Source: Syncephalis fuscata S228
Taxonomy: Eukaryota > Fungi > Zoopagomycota
Length of the DNA stretch: 64,000 nt
NCBI GenBank assembly: GCA_025786725.1
Contig: JAHLTZ010000029.1
Location: 124,001 to 188,000 of the forward strand
Direction of reading: 5' to 3'
The notes under the pieces were generated by a model, which ran no database searches, was not told the origin of the DNA, and saw only the letters and a list, made by a program, of their open reading frames with translations. Made by a program: the position numbers and the translations under genes. Below, piece by piece: positions 29,470 through 41,186 of the stretch. Position 1 is the stretch's first letter. Every line of letters begins with the position of its first letter.

Positions 29470-31380
29470 ATGAAGTTTTATATTGCCATTCTCTGCGTCG
29501 TCGTTGCAGCTTTTGTAACCAATATGGCCATAGTGGACGCTAAGATAGTTTTAATCCGTCGTGGTATGTTATGGCTACAATAAATATATAGTTGCTATAT
29601 ATTCAATAATACTATGTCTAACTAATTGTATCATTAGAACGTAAGTAATAACTACGCATCGTTATTTCAATACCTACTGTTACTATTCTTCATGTGATAA
29701 ACGCTAAATATTAATTGTTAATGCAAATTGCTTAAATTGGTATTATCAGCCAAAGGTAGATTTAGCATGGAATAGCAAATCAAATAAGATATTTGTGCTA
29801 CTAATATTTCGATTATGTTAACAGAAGGTAAATAATCATAATAACAATTAGTCATTTGTTTAATCAAACAATGTTTCATTTATCAAACAAACACTAGTGG
29901 AGCGTAAGTAGCATTTTGTATTAATCAGTTATATATTAATTATGTTCTATGCATCGTGTGCGTTTAAAATTTATACTAATAGAACGTAAGTGATACTGTA
30001 TATTAATTAACTATAAACTAATTATATGCCGTGAACTATGTTTAATGATTTTTATTAATAGAGTGTAAGAGGCATTTTTATCTTAATTAATTACATGCCA
30101 ACTAAATACTATTTACTGCGTGTACAAACGATTTAATATTAATAGGCGGTAAGTGCTTTATATGGTAATTATTTATGCATTAACTACATGTTATGTACTA
30201 TGTGGTCCACAAACTAATATCTATAGTCAGTAAGTAATATTTTATATTAATTAGATATACGCTAATTTCATAGTATGTGTTTTTATATTAAACTTTGACA
30301 TTAATAGTTTGTAAGTGGTATTCTATGACAACTGTCCATGTATTAATTACACGCTATGTACTCTACATATAAATGCTTCAATACTAATAGCTAGTAAGTT
30401 ATATACATATATATATTAGTTAACTATAAACAGCTTATACATCAATCATTATATGTATCAACAATTTAATATTAATAGAAAGTAAGCGAAAATTTAAAAT
30501 TAATTGACTATACATTAATTACCTGCTATGTATTGTGCGCATCATTAAATCAATACAATAGTCTGTAGGTGGCATTGTATATTGTTATGTACTAATTACA
30601 TATTGTGCACCATATGTATCAAAAAATTATTCTAATAGGCAGTAAGTGTAACTTTATAATAATTAATTATGCGCTAATTACACGTTATGTATTCTATGTA
30701 CCATTGACTTAATATTGATAGATTGTAAGCTATATTGTATAACTCTAATCTATAAGCTAATTACATGCTATGTAATATTTGTATCAACAACTCAATATTA
30801 ATAGCATGTAAGTGGTATTGCGTATTAATGAAATATACACCAATTATATGCTATGTACTGCGGGAATCAACAACTTGATATTAATAGGGTGTGAGTAGAC
30901 TATTGTATTAATTGATTATTCATTATTTACATGCTATGCACTGTGTGTATCAATAATTTGATATTGATAGGGCGTAAGTAATGCTATATATACCCGATGA
31001 TTATAAACTAATTTAATTCTATATACTGTACACGTCAACAACTTAATATTAATAGCATGTAAGTGGCATTATATATTTATAAATTATACACTAATTCGTG
31101 TTATGTACTGCGGGAATTAACAATTTGATATTAATAGTCTGTAAGTAATATTGCATATCAGCTATTTGTACATTAACTATACGCTATATACTACGAATTC
31201 AAAACTTTATATTAATAGGCAGTAGGTGCTATTGCATATTATTTGAATATAAATTAATTATATGCTATGTATAATGTATATCAACAATTCAATGTTAATA
31301 ATGGTAAATAGTATTGTATGATAATTGGCTATGCATTAACTATGTGCTGCAACTTTTGTTTGTTTATAGAAAAAGAATAA
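29470..31380 (+). CDS. Micro-exon gene encoding a small secreted Cys/Trp-containing peptide (22 exons; 56-aa precursor, about 25-aa mature peptide)
   Basis: Exon 1 (29470-29563) encodes a signal/pro leader ending in RR. Then 20 exons of 3 or 6 nt, each flanked by YAG and GTA/GTG donors, and a last exon at 31370-31380 with in-frame TAA overlapping AATAAA. The spliced ORF is open: ...IRREPKEVEQQCVISKICNSWWPFCKKE*. Confidence 0.85.
29904..31369 (+). repeat. Degenerate tandem array, about 83-nt period (80-nt intron + 3-nt exon), about 18 units
   Basis: Each unit reads approximately GTAAGT-RRYATTGTATATTAATT...CTAATTACATGCTATGTACT...ATCAACAATTTAATATTAATAG followed by NNN. Confidence 0.9.
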
Positions 31381-31979
31381 ACGGTGGCTCCAAGACGTTA
31401 GTATTGATCATGTAGTTAAATCACTGGCCCAACTTACTTTAGGCACATATTTGGCGAAGAACAAGGCTATTAAACAGCTGCATCGTTCAATTCATTTATA
31501 TGCCAAGTATTAAGCAATACCTCAACTTATTCAACTTTAATCAATAACATTATCGCCTTATCAATAAGTCTACTGCTAGTTATACCTATTCAGCTATGCA
31601 AACTATAGTAATAAATATATCAATTTATCCTAGCTATATGTAACCGAATTATTATATTTATGTTCATGGTTTATTTGCACCAAAACATTAACATAATACT
31701 CATATAAATATGCGATATTACAAGTATAAATTGTAATTTAGCTTACAGCTAAATATGTATCTTGTTATTACATTCAAGCCAAAGCGTAGTAATAAAATTT
31801 CATTAAATTCAAAGAGCAAGTAATTTTTTCACTTATAAGATTAATATAACTTTTATTTTTCTCTGTAATCATTCTTTTACGCTCGCCTTTCCATAAATCA
31901 TTACTTTTATGATTCAGCATACAATGCAATAGTTATGACATTCAGAAGTGCGCCTTTTGATTTCGATCACGAATATTGA

Positions 31980-32831
31980 TTAGTATAGTTTCAAATGCCC
32001 GTTACTTGGTCGATCAGCTTAACTGGCCCTATAACAATTAGCATTAGTAAACCATTATCAGCTGTAATAGCAACTGGTATATAGATCTTACCTGGACCAA
32101 TAGCCAGTACAGTACGTGACCCGGCTGCAATCTGAGTACGGCCTGCATCACAAATACTTTTGGCACAAAGGCCCGCCTCTTTGGCTGCAGCTTCCAACGT
32201 TAACCTAGCGAATAAAGTACATTAAATATTATTACTGCTACATCAATGCTAGTCATCTATTCAGTAACTTACATTTCCGCTTCATCACTGCATTTCAACG
32301 TAATTTTGGCTTGCCCATAAGTTTCCCAATGGCGAAGAATCTAGTGATTGCTTAGTTACATATTATACATATTTTACCGATTATTGTTATTTACCTGAGG
32401 ATTAGTTCGGCTCAATTTCTTGTAGCATCCTATTGCTGCGTGGCAACACTATTACATTCAATTAACACGATTGTTGCCAATACATCTATCACTATTATAA
32501 TTATTACCTGGGCTGCAGCCTTTCCTTTAGTCATACCAAGATCGGTACGTACAACAAGTACCTGTAGTATAATAGGTGATCAATCACCACCATCCATATC
32601 TACATCTTTAACTTACCATTTTGTATTCACCGCGTAGTGGAATAGTACTACGCTCCAATTCAGAATCATTACGCAATTTGTCCTAAATAGTATTGTTGTA
32701 GTCTTTTATATATATATATATTCAAATACGTGCCATACCTTGCTAGTTGTAGAGCTATTTCGAGCGAGATAACCAACAGTTGCCGAAATAGCTGCTAGGA
32801 ATACTATTTGCCAGTCTTCCCATTGCGCCAT
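31980..32831 (-). CDS. PTH2: Peptidyl-tRNA hydrolase 2 (7 exons; apparent indel in last exon)
   Basis: N-terminal TM segment, EYKM/VLVVRTDLGMTKGKAAAQ/CCHA, WETYGQAKITLK, DAGRTQIAAGSRTVLAIGP/GPVKLIDQVTG. Confidence 0.94.
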
Positions 32832-33136
32832 GTTGTTCAGAAAAATCAATAATAGTAACACTAATAATAGTTAGTAACAACAATAGAATAACAAAATACA
32901 ACTAGAACGCAGATTAAACACAAAGTGGTAGTAATTGTGCAAGCGGTGAAAGAAATTTTACTCAATTTCTTTATTTATATTATTTACACTATAGTTAATT
33001 AACGATTATTCAACAATAACAGTAATAGTAATAACATGTTTATAATGGAGCTTCTTTATAATGATAAAATAATCATTTATGCAAGTCATTTGTTAATTGA
33101 ACCATAGTAACTATAGAACAGACATTGACGATCTAT

Positions 33137-33562
33137 CTACGTTTTGCGCTGACGAGCCTTTGACGAGTTAGAGTTGGATCGCTGGTTAAGATGGTGCGCT
33201 GGCAACCAGTCCATATCAACTTCCTTTGGTCCTTTTGAAGGTTCAGGTGTTACTCTTACTACAACGGGCTATTTTATATAATGCTGATATTAGTAACCAT
33301 ACGTTATAGTAAAAGTGTATTGACTATAGCTGCTTTACTCTAGCATACTAGATATAACTATTTACCTTTTGTGCAGGCAAGTATTTGTTCTTTGCCCAGT
33401 AAAGAATGCCAACTACTGCAGCCACACCCATAACATAAATTGATAGGCTATTTGTTTATTGACAGATCAGTTTTGTAATTTAAAAGTGTATAGCGCGACT
33501 TACAGCTGAAGGTCAAAGCCTTCTTCGTTCTCCTCGATCATTGTAGCACCGCCTGACGACAT
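33137..33562 (-). CDS. About 90-aa single-pass protein resembling the TM + cytosolic half of TRAP-alpha (SSR1/Irc22)
   Basis: Three exons: MSSGGATMIEENEEGFDLQL/LSIYVMGVAAVVGILYWAKNKYLPAQK/PVVVRVTPEPSKGPKEVDMDWLPAHHLNQRSNSNSSKARQRKT*. Confidence 0.75.
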
Positions 33563-33936
33563 GGTAGATAATCAATCAGTAATAACTATGGCAGAAGTAG
33601 TAGCTGATATTTAACGACGAGAATAGAGAAAAGAATAGGTAGTTGCTAGTAGTTTGCCTCTGTCGTATTATAAAAGCGCAAGAACAAGCTGAAAAGGGCT
33701 TGGATGGCCATGATATAGGCGCATGTGTGTGTGCGTGCGTGCGTGTGGTTGAAAAGAAAACGCAAGCAGCCAATCAAGCCAGTTTGCGTGTCTTGCATAT
33801 AAAACCCATCTTATTATTTTTCTCTTTTACGGCATCTAACAAAATACGACGCATACACACGCGTGTATATACCTACTTGGATCTGGTGGCCGAATATTCA
33901 GAATCCACTAAATTGTAGTAGGAATCGGCCACGACA

Positions 33937-34316
33937 ATGGCACTATTATCGTGGACACGGGCCGCATGGCCTGTTATGCGCCAATTAGCAACACCTCTGC
34001 TCCGATCAACCACGATTACTCGTCCAATAGTAACAACAACAACAACAACAACAGTAATGCCATGGGCAACTCTGTCTAGACCACAGCCATGGATGACAAC
34101 TATGACGGCAACACGTTCATTAATTGCTAATTTCTCTACTACGCGTTCGGTAGAAGGTCCATTTGCCGTAAATCCAAAACGTAAAACCGCTCGACTCAAG
34201 TCGAAACTCAAGGTAAATAGTTTAATAGAATTAAGTGTACCTATTTAACAATCGATTCATTCAAGGCAAAACAAAAAAGACTAAGGCGTAACAAAACAAA
34301 AGGTCCTTGGAAATAA
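33937..34316 (+). CDS. Small protein with a long presequence-like N-terminus and very basic C-terminus (possible mitoribosomal protein)
   Basis: R/S/T-rich, acid-poor N-terminus; intron 34213-34265; C-terminus NPKRKTARLKSKLK/AKQKRLRRNKTKGPWK*. Confidence 0.6.
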
Positions 34317-35271
34317 TTGTCTACACTTGTTAAAACAGTGTATTAACCGGTTCATTGTCATATGTATCGGGATATATAAACAAATTAAACCGTAACACCA
34401 AAATAATTCTAGATTCTAGATTTCAATCAGTATTAACCAATGTATTTGTCATCCAATAAGCGTCTAAAATGATGAACATGTATGATTGGTAGAAATGAAG
34501 GCGGACTATTAAACAATTATATTGCTATCAGATGTGCTAATTGATAGAAGTGATGGTATGAGCACAATCTGATAATAAGTTGACGATAGAAGAAAAAGAA
34601 ACAGAATAATAACTGTATTAAATATAATTGTAATAGTAATCAAAAGAACAAGTGTAATAATTGATATAATTGATCATATTAATAAGACTTTTATCAGATG
34701 GATATCATTTAAAACTGAAACTTAAATTTTATCAAATCTTTTTCTTCTCTTTTTAAGTGGATGTGTGTCAAAGGGAAATCTCATCATTTAATTGGTTGTG
34801 AAAGAGAAAGAAACACTTACGTAGATAGAAAAAAGAGAGACATCAATATCTCGGTACAACGGGATACATTATCTCCGTAGCACACCTTTTTCTTTTTCTA
34901 CGAACGACGACGGCGACGACGACAACCGACAGAACGATATTATTGTTCGTTAAGGTTATTTGTTTTCTACGTATCTACATAGTTAATAAGAAAAGGCTAC
35001 TTTGTTTTTTACTGCTACTGCACTATTAGTACTATTGCCATTGTTATTGTTGTGCCTATTTTCTCTATTGATCTGTCATTGTCTATATAGAAAGAGTGCA
35101 TTTAGTTGTTTTTTGAACGACTCTTATCATCGGTAAGTTGATCACATATAAGCATATATACATATATATATATATATGGTGGGCAGCGATGATGAAGCGA
35201 GTTTAGGGGACGGCAATTCTATAGATAAACTAACGCTGAAGTCATTGGTTTAGCTATTAGATTCTATCAAT

Positions 35272-36465
35272 ATGGCGGAAGAACATGACTATGAAGGGCT
35301 CCCCGAGAGCATACCCCTTTATACTCACTTGCTTGCAGGTGCATTGGCCGGTATCTCCGAGCATAGCATTATGTATCCATTTGATTTTATCAAGGTAGGT
35401 TGTCATAGATCGAGTATGAATAGTGTCACTCCATGATTAATGATGATATAATCTATATGGCTATTAGACACGTATGCAAGTGATTAACCCAAATCCACAA
35501 GCTGTCTATAGTGGTATCTCTCATGCCTTGCAACGTATTCGAACGACTGAGGGTGCTCGTGTTATGTGGCGCGGTGTATCATCAATGATTATTGGTGCGG
35601 GGCCGGCACATGCGCTTTATTTTGCTACCTACGAGCATTGTAAAGAAAGATTTGGTGGTAATGTTGGAAATGAGCATCATTTCTTGGCTACGAGTAAGTA
35701 AAAGAAAATTAAAAACTATAAAAACGCTAATTAAATACTAATTAAATATTTATCAACGAATAGGTGCTGCTGGTGCTTGTGCAACAATTACAAGTGATGC
35801 CCTTATGAATCCATTTGATGGTAGGTAATAGTAATTTATATTAATAAATAATAAATATAACATTACTATACATTAATACTAACTACATTTATATTATTAA
35901 TTATATTATAGTTATTAAACAGCGAATGCAATTGCATGGATCCACTTTCAAAAGTGTACCATCCTGTGCAGTGCATGTACTTCGTACTGAAGGATTGAGT
36001 GCATTTTACGTATCATATCCAACAACACTTGTGATGAATGTACCATTCCAAGCAGTTCAGTTCTCAACCTATGAATATTTCTGCAAAGTATTGAATCCAT
36101 CGGGTGCCTATGATCCACTTACCCATATTATTTCTGGTGGATTGGCAGGATCAATAGCGGCCGCAGTAACTACACCGCTTGATGTAGCAAAGACACTATT
36201 GCAAACACGCGGCTATGCCACTGATGCTGATATTCGTAATGCTTCAGGTATGCGCGATGCATTACGCGTCATTTATCGACGAGGTGGAGTGACTGGATTC
36301 TTCCGTGGTATTAAACCACGCGTACTTGCTCATATGCCATCGACGGCCATTTGCTGGACAACTTACGAATACTTTAAGTGGATTATTGGGGCAAGAGAAG
36401 CAAACCGCATTGCCGAACTTGAGACAGATGTCCATTCAACGGCCCGTGCCACCGCCAGTCTCTAA
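35272..36465 (+). CDS. MRS3: Mitochondrial iron carrier mitoferrin (Mrs3/Mrs4)
   Basis: DYEGLP, AGISEHSIMYPFDFIKTRMQ, GAGPAHALYFATYE, MNPFDVIKQRMQ, YPTTLVMNVPF, TTPLDVAKTLLQ. Confidence 0.94.
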
Positions 36466-36953
36466 TTAACGATCCAGTTAGTTAGTTAGTTAGTTAGTTA
36501 AGCAATCAATCACAAAGCCAATCAGTTAGTTGTCTAGTCTGTTTAATTTAGCAATTCATTTTGTTTATTAATGATAGGCAATTGTTATTGCGTATATATA
36601 GAACAAAACGATACAGTCATTGATGAAATAAGGAAATAGTTTTGTTTTATTTGTTTCCTCAATCATTGCTACCTTTGTAAAGTATTTACTTTCTTGTCTT
36701 GTCATCACCTTTAATATTTGTTCCGGATTCTTCATATATACACACATTATATATTACACATTGCTAGGTGGTCATGGAAAGATAAAATTTACTTTAAACA
36801 ACGTTACAATAAATTATTTGAAAAATACATCAAAGACCAAAACTGTAGTAAATACGACATTGGGAATAATAAATAATAGATCAATAGATCGGCATAAAAT
36901 GGAGAAAAAGAATACAACGTATCGTAATAATACAAAAAAGTTAACATATGTAT

Positions 36954-36955
<2 letters not shown>

Positions 36956-37019
<64 letters not shown>

Positions 37020-37020
37020 T
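36956..37020. repeat. (GATA)n microsatellite
   Basis: Directly visible run of GATA units. Confidence 0.9.
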
Positions 37021-37071
37021 GATTGATTGATAGATTCGTATTGATTGACGAGGACGATAAAGACGACGAGG

Positions 37072-38625
37072 TTAGCGTGTGTGACCCGCACTTCTCGTTC
37101 TAGTCGACGGAATATTGTGAACTGATGGATTGTTATTGTATACACTTAGTTCCAGTTGCTCAGTAGTTGAAATGTAGTCGCTATATTGATTCTGCAATCG
37201 CTGTTGTTGGCGCTGTGTTTCGGCTCGGACACGGGCAAATAGCGGACTGATTGGCGAGTGATGATCGTAGGTGGTAGTTACCGATTCATCCGAAGGAAAT
37301 GGTTCGGGTGCATTAATTTCTTCAACCAGGCTATCAACATATGATATATTGGTGGCAACTGGTGGTGAAGTAGTGATTGTTATAGGCTCATTCCTTGAGT
37401 CTTTAATTGTATAGTAGACCTTGGCTGATCCGGCGTTGACGGTTGTTAAATGATTGTTTTGCGAACTGGATCGCATACGATCAATCCAGCCAATATATGC
37501 ATAGACGGCAAAGTTAAACACGCCAGTAGATGGTGTAAAGATAGAGTGAAGTAATCGCAGAATATAGCTGCTATCATCATTATGGGCCATTGAATAGAGG
37601 CGGTTAATGGTGGCTGGTGTTCTAAACAATAAAATACAATCGTTAATATTCATGGGTCACTACTGCACACGTGTTGTCATCAATTAACACAAGTTTAAAT
37701 AATTACCTTGAAATGGCATAGGCGAGTAAATAAAGCGACACGTGTTTAGCAAATCGTGTTTTATAGTGGCTACTGCTATCTTTATTAAGTCTGATTACAT
37801 GATGTAGACAGTAAACAGTAGAATAAGTAAGTAAATAAATATAATCATTATATTACTGTAATATAAACAACCTACCCTTTTAAATATTTGGCCCGTTTCC
37901 AGATGTGTCGACCCACTGTAACGTAGATAACAAGATTAAAAACGAAAACGCACCATAATGGAACGTAGAACAAAACAGTCGGGCCATAGGCAGGTCTTTT
38001 GAAATCCAACACCAAGTCTCACCAACATTGTAGAATGGCTCATCCTTAGAGTCCTCGAAGCCTAGTGGTACAAGGGCTATAAGTAGGGGGACAACGGTGC
38101 ACACGACCATGTAGTGCCGCTTGTGCAATTTGGCTGCCTGTTGAATCGACCAGCCTTTGAACATAATTAGACAAAGATCAATGGCGATACAACTCGTCCA
38201 GAACATGGTGGATAAATCACCAATCTGTTCAAATACACCTTGCCATTGGCAAAGAAAGCTATTGGGGCCGGCTTTTGGTCCAGCTCTGCAACAGTTGATC
38301 AATTGGTTAAAACATGCGTAAGTCATAACAATACATAAACATTATTAAGTGCATGGCGTGTACACTTACCGACCAACTAGATAGGCAGGCATGGCAATAA
38401 GCTCTGCCGCGGCCATATACACAACAAGTTCTGCGGCCGTATTACGAAATCGTGGCAATAAAATATAAGTCTATTTTCGACAAGATGAGCTTAAATGAAT
38501 AAACCTTACATTTATAGAATTGCACAACTTACAAGTATCGTGCCCAAAGCACAAACAATACTAAGGGATGCAGTAATGCTAGTAGCAATTGTTATGCTTT
38601 GCAATTGCTCTGCCGAGAGCGACAT
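37072..38625 (-). CDS. cAMP-receptor-like (CAR/Crl-type) GPCR, copy 1, multi-exon
   Basis: MSLSAEQL..., LCQWQG, WTSCIAIDL, WCWI, HVSLYLLAY, PATINRLY, GVFNFAVY; indel near 37975. Confidence 0.85.
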
Positions 38626-39745
38626 GGCGTTAATATTGAGCCGTGAATGGCGCGATTAACAAGAAACAGTATTATTAAACACAAGTAGACGTGCCAACGA
38701 TAACCAAAACTAGCAGTATATTGATAGGTAAATAAACGTGGGCGTGGGATAGACAGATGGAATAGCAGCGGACAATGGAGATAAGTAGGAGTGATACGTA
38801 AGTAGGAGTGGCAATGGCACGGATGTTGAAAGCGTACACGATCCGATGCTGTAATGCAAAGCGGCGCCTTTATTTATCAACAATATTTGCCGTACCATAC
38901 AACAAATGTTGAGCGGAAATGGCAGATAAAAGGAATCATACAAAGAATATCGGTGTTACACGACCAATGTTGCCATTACTATTGTTGTGCCGACTTGATA
39001 TGGGGAAAAGGCCAGGACACAGGCGTGTGTAGTCTCGGTAAAAGTATGAAGTGACAATAAAACACAACAGGTTGTATTCATGTGATTTTAATCATGAACT
39101 TGCTTGAGTCCTTGAACAAAACTACGAAACTAAAAAACGATGTGTTTTATTGAGATTCAATTGGCCATCAAGCCACCCGCACCAAGAAATAAATATGCAT
39201 TGGTAATATAGTAAAAAGATTAAATTTAAACGAGTCAATAGCGCCATTGACTTGTTGTTTGATTGACTCATTGATCGACTTACTCATGGTCGCCATGAGT
39301 AAGCTATAAAGCCATTAATAAACTGGTGTACCAATCACGGGTACTATGAGTATGATTACCAATGTGCTCATGGGCACCTTGGCTATTGAATGTTACTATG
39401 ATTAATACTGTTGCAGGTGTTGCAGGCTTGTTAATGTTATTACTAGTATTCCCACCAGTAGACCCACGTTTTAATTACCCGTGCACAAACGCACATCGGC
39501 ATATCTAATCAACTGGCCGCTAAATCCAGCTCTCCTTGATTTTATATCCGGTTTGAAAATCATCCTGACAGACACAGACATTTGAATAATTGCTCATTAT
39601 GACGATCAATATCTAGTTTAATAATAGTTTAATCCAAGGTCGCTAAAAGTGTTGGATGGTAAAAACAACTACACATGATACAAAGTAGCAGGGAAAGTAA
39701 AAGGCGAGGAAAAAGGCTAATTATTAGCTAACTAGTTTGTTGCTG

Positions 39746-41186
39746 TTAACTAAAGGGAAAATGAGGCGGATAGTCATTTACGGTGACCACAATTGGAGGG
39801 GGAGGGGATGTAGGTTTTGTAATTGAATTGAAGGCTGTCGTCTCGTGTGGCGATGTGATGGGTGAGTTTGCATCTTTTAGTGTAGTAAAATACGAATTAT
39901 CTTCTGGTGCGCGGAAACGCTGTAGGTTACGATTATGCACGCTGTTGCCAATACCCGTGAGATGACAATACTGCACCGAACTTGCTTGTGTAGTTATGGT
40001 ACACGCGTGGTTCGGTGAGAGTACGCCACTAATCCATGTAATGTAAAAATAGACAATGCCATTGAAAATTCCGTTGGCTGTCGGTAGTGTGGCATGCAAA
40101 AGGTAAAGAATAAATATTTGGTTATCTGGGTGGAAATAGCGATACAATCGATTGATAGAGGGTGGCGTCCTAAAATAGCAAATATCCAGTTAGTAATGTT
40201 TATTATTGGTTAATAAATAGCCAATATAGCCAATAACCTACCAGGCCAACGCAAAAACGATAAGGTAGAAAGAGACATTTTTTAAATATGTATACTTGTA
40301 ACGTTCTGTTTCTTCCGAATGTGCACTAAATGGTCATTATTATTAGTTAGCATAATAGCCATAGTAGTTATACTTTGATACATACCGTGCATTTGACGAA
40401 GTGAAATGCTTCCAAACATGTCGGCCTACGGCTAAATAGACAAATGTGTTAAAAATAAATATTAACCATAGCGGCACGTAGAAAAGCAGTAACTGGTAGA
40501 GTGAGTAGGATTCAGAGATCCAGCACCATATGTCGCTGCTATCATAGAATGGTTTGCCATTATTTGAGTGTATATGTAGCGGGACCAGAGCTATGAGCAA
40601 TGAGATGGAAATGCAAGCTGGGGCATAAACACGAAAATGTAACCGTCGGACTTGGGAGACCGAATAGCCGAAAAACATAATTAGTAAAAGATCCAGTGCA
40701 ATACAGCCAGTCAATAGAATCGAAGACAAATCTCCTATTTGTTCAAAGGCCCCTTGCCATTGGCAAAGCGTACTGGTGCTGCCGGCTAATGGGCCAAGTC
40801 TAGATGAAACGTTAGTCTATCCATTTGTTGTTGAAGATACAATCCACTAAGTGCTAGCAAACTGGAAAAATGCATGCACCGTGAATCTATACACGCGGCC
40901 ACCATTTACTTACCGTCCCACGCAGTAGGCGGCCATTGAAATCAGCTCTGATATTGCCATTAAACATACCGGCCCTGACACTGCATTGTGATAATTCCGT
41001 AGTCTGAAATAGGCCTATCAAATACAATAAAGTTAATTACAACAGCCTATTGATGTCTGTGTTATTAGACGAGCAAAATCCACTACCTACAATGATGGTT
41101 ATAATGGCGCACACGCTGCTAAATACAGCAGTCGACAGGGTAGCCACATAGATAACTCTCCATTGCTCTTCACTTAATTGACCCAT
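39746..41186 (-). CDS. cAMP-receptor-like GPCR, copy 2, multi-exon
   Basis: MGQLSEEQW..., LCQWQG, TGCIALDL, WCWI, FYVPLW, KNVSFYL, PPSINRLY, GIFNGIVY. Confidence 0.87.

Noticed and set aside
30271-30280. Extra micro-exon TAT (TAG|TAT|GTGTTT) inside intron 9
   Set aside because: The donor is non-consensus, it is off the 83-nt period, and it would leave introns of only 44 and 31 nt.
29904-31369. CRISPR-like or plain minisatellite reading of the 83-nt array
   Set aside because: The context is eukaryotic, the repeats are degenerate, the variable part is only 3 nt and bounded by AG/GT, and it translates in frame with a signal-peptide exon.
34469-34572. ATGATGA...CTGA pair resembling a C/D snoRNA
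   Set aside because: No terminal stem or recognisable rRNA guide; such boxes occur by chance in AT-rich DNA.
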